Shown here in pieces: positions 1 through 8,882 of a DNA stretch of 32,000 bases; position 1 is the stretch's first letter; each line of letters opens with the position of its first letter. The notes under the pieces are model-generated. The model was not told the DNA's origin, did no database searches, and worked only from the letters and a program-made list of their open reading frames with translations. Source of the stretch: Nitrospirota bacterium (GTDB taxonomy: Bacteria > Nitrospirota > Nitrospiria > Nitrospirales > Nitrospiraceae); NCBI GenBank assembly GCA_963782735.1, contig CAWAKW010000015.1, forward strand, positions 3,451 through 35,450. The letters are read 5' to 3'. A program made the position numbers and the translations under genes.

Positions 1-207
1 AAATTCGCGCAAGACGGTCAGTCCGTCGACCGCGCCCATGCGAATATCTGTCAGCACCAGATCCACTCGTCCCTGGCGTCCACGAGCGATGACCTCTTCT
101 CCACCGGCGAAGGTTTCAACGGCATAACCTTCCTTCTTTAAGGCTTCAGCCAAGAGATCCCGCGCGACCGCATCGTCGTCAGCTACGAGAATATTCGCTG
201 GTTGCAT
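1..207 (-). CDS. Response regulator receiver domain protein (C-terminal part runs off the window start)
   Basis: Open at the window edge, so absent from the ORF track. My reverse translation from ATG at 207: MQPANILVADDDAVARDLLAEALKKEGYAVETFAGGEEVIARGRQGRVDLVLTDIRMGAVDGLTVLREF. This has the acidic DDD pocket and the phospho-acceptor context LVLTDIRMG typical of CheY-like receivers. The start overlaps the stop of the upstream kinase (TGATG), implying a coupled HK-RR operon. Confidence 0.8.
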   Translation of the reverse strand, partial: MQPANILVADDDAVARDLLAEALKKEGYAVETFAGGEEVIARGRQGRVDLVLTDIRMGAVDGLTVLREF

Positions 208-1412
208 CAGATCTTCTCCGTCATGTGCGTCGGCTCGGCTTTCAACCCAGGTAAAGTCACGGTCACAGTTGTGCCGCGCCCAGTCTCGCTCTCGAGCACA
301 AGACTGCCTCCATGGGCCAGGACTGTTTCGCGGCTCAAGAATAGCCCTAACCCGGTGCCCTTGCCAATCGCCTTGGTCGTAAAAAATGGTTCAAACGCTT
401 TTTGTACATCGGCTTCCGGCATGCCGCATCCCGTATCCTGCACCGCGACTGTAATCACCAGAGGTGACATCGTGTCGGCCACCCGGCGGCCACGGTCGAG
501 TTCTTCTGGCGAAGCCGCATGGGTTCCTACCAGTACGCGCACCGCTCCATGCGCTGGGGTGGCGGCTAAGGCATTGGCGAATACGTTCACCAATACTTGA
601 TGCATCTTTTCTGCATCGGCCCAGACGAGCGGAAGTTCTTTGGGAATCTCAACCGTCATGGTGATCTCTTTTGCATGGAAGGCCGGTTCCATGAGTACGG
701 CTGCCGGACTGATCACCTTGTCCACGGGCAACCATGTCGGTTCAGGTAGGCGCTGTCTGGTTGAGGACAGCAAATCCTGAATGATCCGAACCACCCGCGT
801 GAGCTGCTCATCGATCACGGTCACCCGCTTCTTCATCTCAGGTGTGACGCCCGGCTCTTCAGCCAGTGCTTGTACATGCCAGGCAATCGAGTGTAACGGC
901 GTTCCGATCTCATGTGCTACGGAAGCCACCAATTGCCCCACCGCAGCTAAGCGTTCTGAGCGATTCAACTGGTCTTTCGCTTCAACCAGCTGTGTATTGG
1001 CCTTCAGGAGATTTTCCGTCTCCCGGGCGAGAGCGGCACGTGCCGCCGCCTCTCTCGTCTTGCGTTCCTCCCACGTCATACCGATATACGCCACGACCAG
1101 GAGTACTCCTGCAACCACACTGCGGTTGATCACCGCCGATTGAAACCGCCCCGGTTTGGTTGGTTGCATCAACCCCATATAGGTCGCCACGATACAGGCC
1201 ACTACCGTTACGAGCATCAGGCTGCGACTGCGCACTGTGGCAACCAACAGAATCGGCACCACAAAACCGTACGCGCCAACAACATTCGCCGGGGCGGCCA
1301 TTTCAAGCACGACGATCGCCAGGAACACCGCCCCTGCGATCGCCAGCACAATGCGATTTTGTTTCAACATGGGAGTGGGAGATACGTAAATTGCCGATGA
1401 ACCATGGTCCAA
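207..1412 (-). CDS. Membrane-bound sensor histidine kinase (HisKA + HATPase_c)
   Basis: 401-aa ORF. The N-terminal ~110 aa is hydrophobic (about 4 TM segments, e.g. LAIAGAVFLAIVVLEMA, FVVPILLVATV, LMLVTVVACIVATYMGL, VVAGVLLVVAYIGM). It is followed by a coiled-coil linker, the H-box SVAHEIGTPLHSI, and ATPase boxes DTGCGMP, FEPFFTTK and GTGLGL. Confidence 0.85.
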   Translation of the reverse strand: MDHGSSAIYVSPTPMLKQNRIVLAIAGAVFLAIVVLEMAAPANVVGAYGFVVPILLVATVRSRSLMLVTVVACIVATYMGLMQPTKPGRFQSAVINRSVVAGVLLVVAYIGMTWEERKTREAAARAALARETENLLKANTQLVEAKDQLNRSERLAAVGQLVASVAHEIGTPLHSIAWHVQALAEEPGVTPEMKKRVTVIDEQLTRVVRIIQDLLSSTRQRLPEPTWLPVDKVISPAAVLMEPAFHAKEITMTVEIPKELPLVWADAEKMHQVLVNVFANALAATPAHGAVRVLVGTHAASPEELDRGRRVADTMSPLVITVAVQDTGCGMPEADVQKAFEPFFTTKAIGKGTGLGLFLSRETVLAHGGSLVLESETGRGTTVTVTLPGLKAEPTHMTEKI

Positions 1413-1452
1413 TCCCTAGCAGGTTGAGAAAAACCGCATTGTGACATAGTTG

Positions 1453-1577
1453 CCGGATGCTCAAAAAGGCCGTCCAGCAAGGCCGCAGGCGAGTCGAAAC
1501 CGGAGGCGTACCCTCAGGGGTACGTTGAGGATTTCGATGAGCCGAGAACGAAGCAGGCGGACTTTTTCAGCATCCGG
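1453..1577. repeat. ~125-bp MITE/REP-like palindromic intergenic element
   Basis: Terminal inverted repeats ccggatgctcaaaaag (1453-1468) and ctttttcagcatccgg (1562-1577) are 15/16 complementary. Central hairpin cgtaccc-tcag-gggtacg (1507-1524). The element sits in the gap between the malQ stop (1588) and the kinase start (1412). From memory only (unverified), similar elements are scattered in Nitrospira-like genomes and often mis-called as tiny ORFs. Confidence 0.5.
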
Positions 1578-1587
1578 ACAGAGGGTC

Positions 1588-3837
1588 TTACCCTAGCGGA
1601 CGGGTGGAACGCAAGGCAGCTCCAAGTTGCCGCAGACGTTCATCACCCAACATCTCATCCACACGAACCGCATACTTCCGGGTCCAGTTCGGATGGGTAT
1701 CGACCGTCCCGGGAAGATTGGTTTGCGAAAGTTCGTCCAAGCCGTCTTCGAGATTTGCCAGGACGAGACAGGACGGTGTGCGGGCCAGGTAGAGATGGAT
1801 CGCTCGGCAGAGTTCAGTCGTCATGGCGGGAGCGGTGGCTAGGTCCTCCGTTACGCCAGGTGGCAGAAGGTTTTCCCGCTGAAGCGCACGGAGGATGTGT
1901 GACTTGTCGCGCCGGCGCTCTTCCCAGGCGCGCCGGCGCGTTTCGTCATCTGGAAAGGCACCCAATTCCGCCCGTACGAGTAGATCCTCGCCGGACCAAA
2001 ATCCGGTGAGCGTCGGCAAGTCGTGCGTCGTGGCTACAGCCAGCGATTGTGCGGGATAGTCGCCGGGCGGCTTCATGGCGCCGTCTGCGCCGCGTTCGAA
2101 GTAGAACACACGATACGACAGTACTCGCGCCTTCGCCAACTGTTCTCTGACCCAATCGGGGACCGTGCCGAGGTCTTCTCCAATGACTAGGGTTTTGGAC
2201 CGAACGCTTTCCAATGCCACGATCGCCAACAAGTCTTCAAAGGGGTACTGCACATAGGTGCCTTCGGATGCAGGCCTCCCGCGCGGAATCCAGAAGAGCC
2301 GGCAGAACGCCATCACATGGTCCAATCGAATGGCTCCGCCGGATCGAAAGTTGTTGCGAAATAGCTGGATCATCAGCTCATAGCCGCTGGCGCGCAGCGC
2401 GTGAGGGTTGATCGGAGGTAAGCCCCAATTCTGTCCCACTGGCGCAAATGCGTCAGGCGGGGCGCCGCAGTCGGCTCCGAACGCCAACACCGATTGATAG
2501 ATCCAGGCTTCAGCCCCATTCCGATCGGCGCCGAGAGCCAGGTCATGATAGAGCCCGATCGGCATTGCCAGATGCTCCGCTGCACGTCGGACATCGTTCA
2601 GCTGTTCGCTCGCCACCCACTGAAGGTATTGAAAGAAGCGAATGCGTGTCCGGTGGCGTTCCGCATACTCACGAGCCGGTTGGCCAGGCATCAACAATTG
2701 CTTGGGCCAATCGTGCCAAGAGGCCGGCGAGGATTGAATCAGTCGGCGTTCTTCTTCCAACGTCTGGAAGGTGGCATGTAACTCAAGCGGTGTGCCCTCA
2801 GTCTGGATAAACCGCTCCAAGAACAAGCCGCGTGCTGTGCGGGGTTGGAGATTTGGCTCCTCTCCGCTGTAGGCATCTGTGAGGAATTGTTGGTAGGCCA
2901 GATCGAGCATGGTGCGCTTGGCGGTTGCAACGGCACCGTAGTCCACCCGCCGACTTTCTCGCAACGCCTGAAGCTTGGCTTGAAACTCGGGAGCACGGAA
3001 CTGTTGCTGCGCCTTCTCCGATCCATAAAACTCCGGCAGCCGCTCGAGATCGATATAGAGTTCATTGAGGTATAGTCGGCTGTCCGGCGCATAGGGACTA
3101 ATGTGATACGGTGGAGTATTTCGCAGTGCGTGCAGCGGATTGAGCCCAATGAATCCGGCGCCGAGCTCTTTCCCAGCCCACTCCACAATATGACCGAGGT
3201 CGGTGAAGTCGCCGCATCCCCAGTTACGGTCGGAGGACAACGAATAGAGTTGCAAGGCCAGTCCCCACAGCCGTTGGTTCCCCTCAAGCGACGGCGGAAC
3301 ATAGCACTGGCGTGGGGCCACAATGACACGCATCGTTCCCACGTTTCCCCCGACCAAGCCCTCGGCCCGCATCATCAATTTGTAGTACCCGAGCGAGAGA
3401 CCATTCGGAGCCGGTATTTCGATACGCACATGCCGTTGACCTTTGAGAAAACGGACCTCCATGGCGGAAAGCCCAGGCCCTGCCTGTCCTTCTTGCACCA
3501 CGGTGTTCGCTTCGTCGAAAATCTGCCACGCCACTACGACGGACCCTTCTTTTCCGTCCTCGATCGCGAGATAACAGGAGACAGAAGGTCCCGTCTCATT
3601 GTCACGCAGAACCTGCACCGCGCTGCAGGGGCGTTGCCACGGTGCCTCATCCCAATCTTGCAGCGCCTGTGTCAGCGATTCGGTCGAATCGACCGAAAAG
3701 CCCATGGCAGTCAGTATGGCGCGCCGGGTATCATCGGAGGTGAGGTGAAAATTACCGGCTATATCGTAATAGTCAGTCGCGATACCGGCATGTTCGGCGA
3801 GTTTGGCAAGAAGGGTCTGCTCCGTCTGGTCCTGCAT
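1588..3837 (-). CDS. malQ: 4-alpha-glucanotransferase (amylomaltase, GH77) with N-terminal extension domain
   Basis: 761-aa ORF in the track (TTG at 3873); I prefer ATG at 3837 (MQDQTEQTLLAKLAEHAGIATDYYD). GH77 blocks: GFIGLNPLHAL, SPYAPDSRLYLNELYIDLE, LPPINPHAL, IRLDHVMAF, IGEDLGTVPDW, TTHDLPTL. Confidence 0.85.
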   Translation of the reverse strand: MQDQTEQTLLAKLAEHAGIATDYYDIAGNFHLTSDDTRRAILTAMGFSVDSTESLTQALQDWDEAPWQRPCSAVQVLRDNETGPSVSCYLAIEDGKEGSVVVAWQIFDEANTVVQEGQAGPGLSAMEVRFLKGQRHVRIEIPAPNGLSLGYYKLMMRAEGLVGGNVGTMRVIVAPRQCYVPPSLEGNQRLWGLALQLYSLSSDRNWGCGDFTDLGHIVEWAGKELGAGFIGLNPLHALRNTPPYHISPYAPDSRLYLNELYIDLERLPEFYGSEKAQQQFRAPEFQAKLQALRESRRVDYGAVATAKRTMLDLAYQQFLTDAYSGEEPNLQPRTARGLFLERFIQTEGTPLELHATFQTLEEERRLIQSSPASWHDWPKQLLMPGQPAREYAERHRTRIRFFQYLQWVASEQLNDVRRAAEHLAMPIGLYHDLALGADRNGAEAWIYQSVLAFGADCGAPPDAFAPVGQNWGLPPINPHALRASGYELMIQLFRNNFRSGGAIRLDHVMAFCRLFWIPRGRPASEGTYVQYPFEDLLAIVALESVRSKTLVIGEDLGTVPDWVREQLAKARVLSYRVFYFERGADGAMKPPGDYPAQSLAVATTHDLPTLTGFWSGEDLLVRAELGAFPDDETRRRAWEERRRDKSHILRALQRENLLPPGVTEDLATAPAMTTELCRAIHLYLARTPSCLVLANLEDGLDELSQTNLPGTVDTHPNWTRKYAVRVDEMLGDERLRQLGAALRSTRPLG

Positions 3838-4086
3838 GTAGGGGAGTCTGCGTGAAGACCTCAGGCATGTCAAGCTATCTCATTGTTCTTGAAAGCAAAT
3901 TTGTGCAATCGCGTCTCCTGTCTGGCTGACTCAGTCACGTTCGACTCGGTACAACTTCTCACGCTCCGTCCGCTGGGGTTCATTCTGTCGTGGTAACGGA
4001 AGTGACTCCGGAAATTTGAATAAGCCGAATATGTGATGGATCTGCTGCTGTTAATGGTTTTCCTGGGCGATGAAAGGGCGCAGAAG

Positions 4087-4221
4087 ATGGCAAAAAGAAC
4101 GAGACGAACTCACTCAGCGGTGTTTAAAGCCAACGTGGCGTTGGCCGTGATGGCTGGGATTATGTTGCATCCGAAGCGCTGGCCGGTGGCTCGATTCGGG
4201 GATTGTCCTCCCGGGACATAG
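4087..4221 (+). pseudogene. Possible remnant of an IS3-family transposase orfA N-terminus
   Basis: MAKRTRRTHSAVFKANVALAVMAG resembles the conserved IS3/IS911 OrfA start (MxKRTRRxxSxEFKAKVALxAL, from memory). Similarity is lost after ~24 codons. No orfB, inverted repeats or frameshift site were seen. Confidence 0.3.
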
Positions 4222-4700
4222 CGCATACCCGAGACGTGATCGCCTCACAACGCCATCTCATCACTTCGGTGAGTCTGGAGGTCGCGCTACACCGTCACGA
4301 GCGACACCACGATCCGATATTTTCGCGCAGTCAGGAGTATCGTCGCCGTGGGCGACCGAGGGTAGCAGCAGCTTGCCTCCGAGCAACAGAAGCCCGCCAA
4401 TAAGACGTTTTCAAGAAAACTCGGCGAGTCCACGACCAAGAATCTGGATGTTTCAAAAAGCTACTCTGGAAGAAGGTTGCTATAGCCTGTCAGGATAATG
4501 AGGCTTGCGATCAAAGACACCGAAGAGCAGTCAACTCCGTCCACTGGTTTTATCAAGCCACAGTAGAAAAGTTGTTGAGGTTTATTGACTCCCCCCATTT
4601 CATTTTGTTAGCCTCAAGCCCCACCGCCGCGTTACTGCCGATAGAAAAGACAAGAAAAGTCAGGCAGTATCCTTGGCATTCAATCCCGAAAGGAGTTCCG

Positions 4701-6566
4701 ATGGCTAGCTCAACCGCTTCGCCCGAATTGCTTACTGAACTGCAGAATAAGGCCACACAGCTTCGGATCGAGAGCGTTCGCGCGACGAGTGAAGCCGGAA
4801 GCGGGCACCCCTCTAGCTGCTGCTCTGCTGCGGACATTGTCGCGGCCCTTTTCTTCTCAGTCATGCGATACGATCCCACAAATCCGAAGGCGTACAATAG
4901 CGATCGGTTCGTGCTGTCAAAAGGCCATGCTGCCCCTCTGCTCTATGCCGCTTGGGCCGAAGCAGGTCTCTTTCCCAAGAGCGAACTTCTCAAGCTCCGA
5001 ACGCTGACGTCCGATCTTGAAGGCCACCCAACGCCTCGCTTGTCGTTTGTCGATATGGCAACGGGTTCGTTGGGGCAAGGCCTTCCAGTGGGTATCGGTA
5101 TCGCCCTGAATGCAAAATTCGTCGACAAACTGGATCACCGAACCTACGTCTTGATGGGCGATGGAGAATCTGTTGAAGGATCCGTATGGGAAGCGGCTGA
5201 ACTCGCGCGCCATCATGGCTTGGATAACCTCTGTGCCATTGTGGATGTCAATCGACTCGGTCAAAGCGATCCCACCATACTGCAACATGACATGGAGGGT
5301 TATCGATCCCGATGGGCCGGCTTTGGCTGGCAGGCGCTGGTGGTTGACGGGCACGATCTTTCATCGCTGCTCGACGCATTCGATACTGCTGCCGGCACCA
5401 AAGGGAAACCGACTGTGCTCCTCGCCAAAACGTTGAAGGGCAAGGGCATCTCCTTTATGGAGAACCATCCTAGCTGGCACGGGAAGCCGGTCGCCAAAGG
5501 CGAGGAAACCCAGAAGGCGATCGATGAGTTGACCAAGCAGTTGAGAGCGAGCAGCACCGCCATTTCATTGAAGAAACCATCGGCGCCGGTTCAGGGGGCT
5601 TCGTCTATCAGCCCTCTCCCACCTTCGCCCTACAAAGTAGGCGACTCTGTCGCCACGCGCGAAGCATTCGGCAATGCATTTGAAGCACTGGGCTCGGTCA
5701 ATCCGTTGGTCGTGGGATTGGATGCCGATGTGAAAAATTCGACCTATACCGATAAGTTCGGCAAGAAGTTTCCCCATCGATTCTTCGAAAATTTTATCGC
5801 GGAACAAAATATGCTCGGAGCTGCTGCTGGACTGGCGGCCTGCGGAAAAATTCCATTCGTTGCCACGTTTGCCGCATTCTTTACGCGAGCCTATGACTTT
5901 ATCCGCATGGCTGCGATCAGCGGCTCGAACATCAAACTTGTCGGCACACACGTCGGTGTGAGTATCGGGGAAGACGGCCCCTCGCAGATGGGGTTGGAAG
6001 ATATTGCGATGATGGCTGCGCAACCGGGCGTGACCGTGTTGTATCCGTCCGATGCGACCTGTATGTATCGGCTCGTTGAAAGGGCTGCTACGCACAAAGG
6101 GATGGTCTACATTCGGGCTGGTCGTCCGAAATCTCCGGTCCTATACGGACCAGATGAAACCTTCCAGATCGGCGGATCGAAGGTCATTCGCCAAAGCGCA
6201 TCAGATGTCCTCACGATCGTCGCAGCCGGCGTCACACTCTTCGAAGCCCTGAAGGCCTACGACACATTGAAAGGCGCAGGCCTCTCCGTGCGGATCGTCG
6301 ATCTTTATAGTATTGTTCCCATTGATCGCACCACGTTGCTGGACAGTGCCAGAGCCACTCAGGGGCGCATCCTCACCGTTGAGGATCATTATGCGCACGG
6401 CGGTCTCGGAGATGCAGTGCTCAGCGCGGTCGGACCAGAAGGCATTAAAGTGCATAAGCTTGCCGTTCGCACGATCCCACACAGCGGGAAGCCGGACGAA
6501 CTTGTCGATCACTTTGGCATCGGAGCACGATCGATTGTCGAAGCAGCTAAACAAATCACAAAGTAA
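4701..6566 (+). CDS. tkt: Transketolase (single-polypeptide, ~620 aa short type)
   Basis: The track ORF starts at 4572, but ATG at 4701 is preceded by aaaggag (4689-4695). Motifs: GSGHPSSCCSAADI, SKGHAAPLLYA, LMGDGESVEGSVWEA (ThDP/Mg site GDG...E), pyrimidine-binding middle domain FIAEQNM, C-terminal domain. Confidence 0.9.
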   Translation: MASSTASPELLTELQNKATQLRIESVRATSEAGSGHPSSCCSAADIVAALFFSVMRYDPTNPKAYNSDRFVLSKGHAAPLLYAAWAEAGLFPKSELLKLRTLTSDLEGHPTPRLSFVDMATGSLGQGLPVGIGIALNAKFVDKLDHRTYVLMGDGESVEGSVWEAAELARHHGLDNLCAIVDVNRLGQSDPTILQHDMEGYRSRWAGFGWQALVVDGHDLSSLLDAFDTAAGTKGKPTVLLAKTLKGKGISFMENHPSWHGKPVAKGEETQKAIDELTKQLRASSTAISLKKPSAPVQGASSISPLPPSPYKVGDSVATREAFGNAFEALGSVNPLVVGLDADVKNSTYTDKFGKKFPHRFFENFIAEQNMLGAAAGLAACGKIPFVATFAAFFTRAYDFIRMAAISGSNIKLVGTHVGVSIGEDGPSQMGLEDIAMMAAQPGVTVLYPSDATCMYRLVERAATHKGMVYIRAGRPKSPVLYGPDETFQIGGSKVIRQSASDVLTIVAAGVTLFEALKAYDTLKGAGLSVRIVDLYSIVPIDRTTLLDSARATQGRILTVEDHYAHGGLGDAVLSAVGPEGIKVHKLAVRTIPHSGKPDELVDHFGIGARSIVEAAKQITK

Positions 6567-6757
6567 GCCCTCCCGCACCGCCCTTCCTCATGAGTTGGGC
6601 GGTATTCCTCTCCTGAACATTCTGTCAGGATCGGTCCGCCAACGTCTGCTTCAGGAACTGACCGAAGCCCGCTACGGCAAAGGCTGTTCGTGGAGAAACA
6701 TCAGTCCGGCGATGATCCCGCATAGCGTGCGAAACTGGTGGGATTTCAATCGCCCAC

Positions 6758-7222
6758 TCATGGTGCGTTTTTTCGAGTATGGGGGGCCAGGTCTGCCGTG
6801 ATGCAGGACTGCATAATTTCAGCGCGGCATTGCCATGACGTGGCCGCCGTATTGAGATGGTGAACCAGTTCTTCCGGCACGATTATGCCAACGGTGATAT
6901 CCACCAAGACGTGATCGGCTATGCGATGAAAATGCGCGGCGTTCACACCCTGCAAGGTGAGCAACGCCCTGCTTAGCTCGTTCTCATGGGTGTCGCAGCC
7001 AGGTCCTATCAGCACGACGGGAACTCTCTCCATGGCAGCGTGGCTGGCTTCGGCCGGCTGAAATACGGCAAGACCCACGGTGAGCGCCATCGCAAGCATC
7101 AGACGGTTGTGCCTGAGCGTGGCCTTGCCGTCTACATGAGGCTGTGGGCAGGTTGCGGGTACGCTCTTCGCGAAGGGCGTCTGCGTCCGGTTTGCGTATC
7201 TGCGATGAGCTGTTCGCGTCAT
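6758..7222 (-). CDS. Hypothetical exported protein with HMA-like (ferredoxin-fold) pattern carrying C-x-x-H
   Basis: 154-aa ORF; a more plausible start is M42 at 7099 (MLAMALTVGLAVFQPAEA, Sec-type signal). The mature part VPVVLIGPGCDTHENELSRALLTLQGVNAAHFHRIADHVLVDI...VPEELVHHLNTA follows the beta-alpha-beta-beta-alpha spacing of heavy-metal-associated domains, with GCDTH where GMTCxxC normally sits. No convincing Shine-Dalgarno sequence at any start. Confidence 0.4.
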   Translation of the reverse strand: MTRTAHRRYANRTQTPFAKSVPATCPQPHVDGKATLRHNRLMLAMALTVGLAVFQPAEASHAAMERVPVVLIGPGCDTHENELSRALLTLQGVNAAHFHRIADHVLVDITVGIIVPEELVHHLNTAATSWQCRAEIMQSCITADLAPHTRKNAP

Positions 7223-7375
7223 CGGAATACCTGTCTGCAGGGAGGCGATCTGAAGCCCTTGGGTAGGTTCATCGATTTGTCTTAAGATCTCATGGTAGAC
7301 GGTGATGCGAGTTGTCGGACCATGCGAAGCTCCGGCTCGGCTGGGTTGCAGTGTTCCTCTCTTGAACGCGTTTAT

Positions 7376-7406
7376 GGGCAGGCGGCGAGGATCTCACCGC
7401 CTGCCC
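7376..7406 (-). terminator. Perfect 10-bp GC-rich hairpin directly after the truncated-haemoglobin stop
   Basis: gggcaggcgg (7376-7385) / ccgcctgccc (7397-7406) with an 11-nt loop, beginning 8 nt after the stop at 7415. No clear U-tract follows on the minus strand, so it could be a terminator or an mRNA-stabilising hairpin. Confidence 0.4.
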
Positions 7407-7414
7407 GTCGCCCT

Positions 7415-7861
7415 TTACGGTACTTCGACGATGTCCTTCTTCATAGGACCCAGCACGGCAAGGAGTTCGTTCTTTTCCCTGGCTGGCACGTTGAACGTAT
7501 CCAATGCCTTGACGAGGTCTTCAACCAGGGCATTGAAGGCAGCCGTCGTGATTTTCATGCCGGCATGCGTTGTTTTCATGTCTTTCCCTTCATAGGTGCA
7601 GGGGCCTCCGCTGGCTTGGCAGACCTGGTCGACCAGCTGCTTCTTCAGGTGCGGCAGATCGGCTTTGGCAAACCACCCGTTGATGCGGGTGTCTTGGCCC
7701 ACGATGCTGACGAACTTGCCGACGACGGCCGTGATAGGGCCGGTTCCGCCGAGTCGTTCATACAGTGAGGGCAATGGAGCATCGGCTGCCCACACCGGCG
7801 CTGAGGTCAACAGTACGGCGACGGTCAGCATAGTCTTGATGGCGCGAGAAAGTTGTTTCAT
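7415..7861 (-). CDS. glbN: Group I (N-type) truncated haemoglobin with N-terminal signal peptide
   Basis: 148 aa. The signal-like N-terminus is MKQLSRAIKTMLTVAVLLTSAPVWA-AD. The trHbN pattern follows: SLYERLGG...ITAVVGKFV...D.RIN.WF...DL..LKKQLVDQVCQASGGPCTYEG.DM...HAGM.IT...F.ALVEDL. SD ggag sits 8 nt upstream. It lies 73 bp downstream of nirK on the same strand. Confidence 0.8.
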   Translation of the reverse strand: MKQLSRAIKTMLTVAVLLTSAPVWAADAPLPSLYERLGGTGPITAVVGKFVSIVGQDTRINGWFAKADLPHLKKQLVDQVCQASGGPCTYEGKDMKTTHAGMKITTAAFNALVEDLVKALDTFNVPAREKNELLAVLGPMKKDIVEVP

Positions 7862-7934
7862 GAAAGGCGCTCCTTTTTGAGAGGTAAATGAGGGCTTCCT
7901 TCGAGTGCACAGCTCTATTTATATTTCTGGTCGT

Positions 7935-8882
7935 TTAGGGCTTCCAGGGCGTCAGTGGCATCAGCGGAGCATCCTTGGCTACCGGTGTAATCGTCAGCGC
8001 GGCAATGGCTCCACGAAGGGCTCCAGTGAGCGAATGCGTCACAATCGGATAGACCCCGGGTGATTCGGAGACCAAGTCGAATGTGGCGGCGCTTCCGGGT
8101 CCCACGACATAGGTTTGCACCCCCGTGAGTTTGTTGTGAGGGTTCCCGCTCTCGTAGACGTTGTCCCAAATCTCGCCGATCGGGTGGAGCGAGGAAAACT
8201 CGTTGGGGCCCGCGTTCACAAAATAGATCCGGACCCGCTCATTCGGTTTCGCCTCCAGCGCTTCCGCGCCGATGAAGAAGGGATGATACTTGAAGATCCC
8301 TCCGTTGAAGACCGTATAGTCGAACTTCCGAGCGAACATGGCCTCGACATCGTCGGGGTTCTTCCAGAGCTCAGATTGGACCAACAAAAACTCCCGGTCC
8401 GCTTTCGGCCAGACCTTCGGATCCTTGGGATCGACGATAATCGCGCCGAACATGCCGCGCGCGACGTGCTGGATCATGGGCGCTGCGCCGCAATGATAGA
8501 AAAACACGCCGGGCTTCTTCGCCACAAAGGTGAAGGAAATGGTTTCTCCCGGATTGATGGCCCGGTAGTTCTTCAGGAAATCGATTTCCGCCGCATGGAA
8601 GTCCATGGCGTGTGGAAAAACATTGGTCTTGGGATTCTCCAGCGTGAAGTTGACAGTGTCGCCTTCCGTGACCCGCACGGCCGGCCCCGGCATCTGGCCG
8701 TTGAACGTCCAGGCCTTATATTTCGTTCCCGTTCCTTCAATCACGATTTCCGTTTCGAGCGCCGTCATCTTGACGTCATGGGTCTTCGCGGATGCCTCGG
8801 AGGGCAATCCCATCAATCCGGCCATCGCAAGGACCATGGCCCCTGCGATGGCCATCAGTTGAGGTGATTGTCTTTTCATCAT
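7935..8882 (-). CDS. nirK: Copper-containing nitrite reductase (two-domain NirK)
   Basis: The track ORF extends to 8999, but ATG at 8882 is preceded by gaaggag. Signal peptide MMKRQSPQLMAIAGAMVLAMAGLMGLPSEASA. Cu ligand blocks: PHAMDFH (T1 His, catalytic Asp, T2 His), FFYHCGAAPMIQHVARGM (T2 His-T1 Cys...His...Met), LHPIGEIWD, IVTHSL. Confidence 0.85.
   Translation of the reverse strand: MMKRQSPQLMAIAGAMVLAMAGLMGLPSEASAKTHDVKMTALETEIVIEGTGTKYKAWTFNGQMPGPAVRVTEGDTVNFTLENPKTNVFPHAMDFHAAEIDFLKNYRAINPGETISFTFVAKKPGVFFYHCGAAPMIQHVARGMFGAIIVDPKDPKVWPKADREFLLVQSELWKNPDDVEAMFARKFDYTVFNGGIFKYHPFFIGAEALEAKPNERVRIYFVNAGPNEFSSLHPIGEIWDNVYESGNPHNKLTGVQTYVVGPGSAATFDLVSESPGVYPIVTHSLTGALRGAIAALTITPVAKDAPLMPLTPWKP

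Noticed and set aside
3103-3855. Long ORFs antisense to, or out of frame with, well-supported genes. Examples: 3103-3855(+) in malQ, 8115-8867(+) in nirK, 17766-18578(+) in amoC, 10672-11331(-), 20549-21202(+), 26511-26939(-), 28858-29592(-), 5565-6095(-).
   Set aside because: These are typical shadow ORFs of GC-rich DNA. They have Arg/Pro/Gly/His-rich low-complexity translations and no motifs. Each fully overlaps a gene with strong family signatures.
4585-4613. TTGACT-N17-TTAGCC as the tkt promoter; likewise TTGCCA-N17-ATTATT at ~24960-24990.
   Set aside because: The -10 hexamers are poor and there is no supporting evidence. They are not reported as features.
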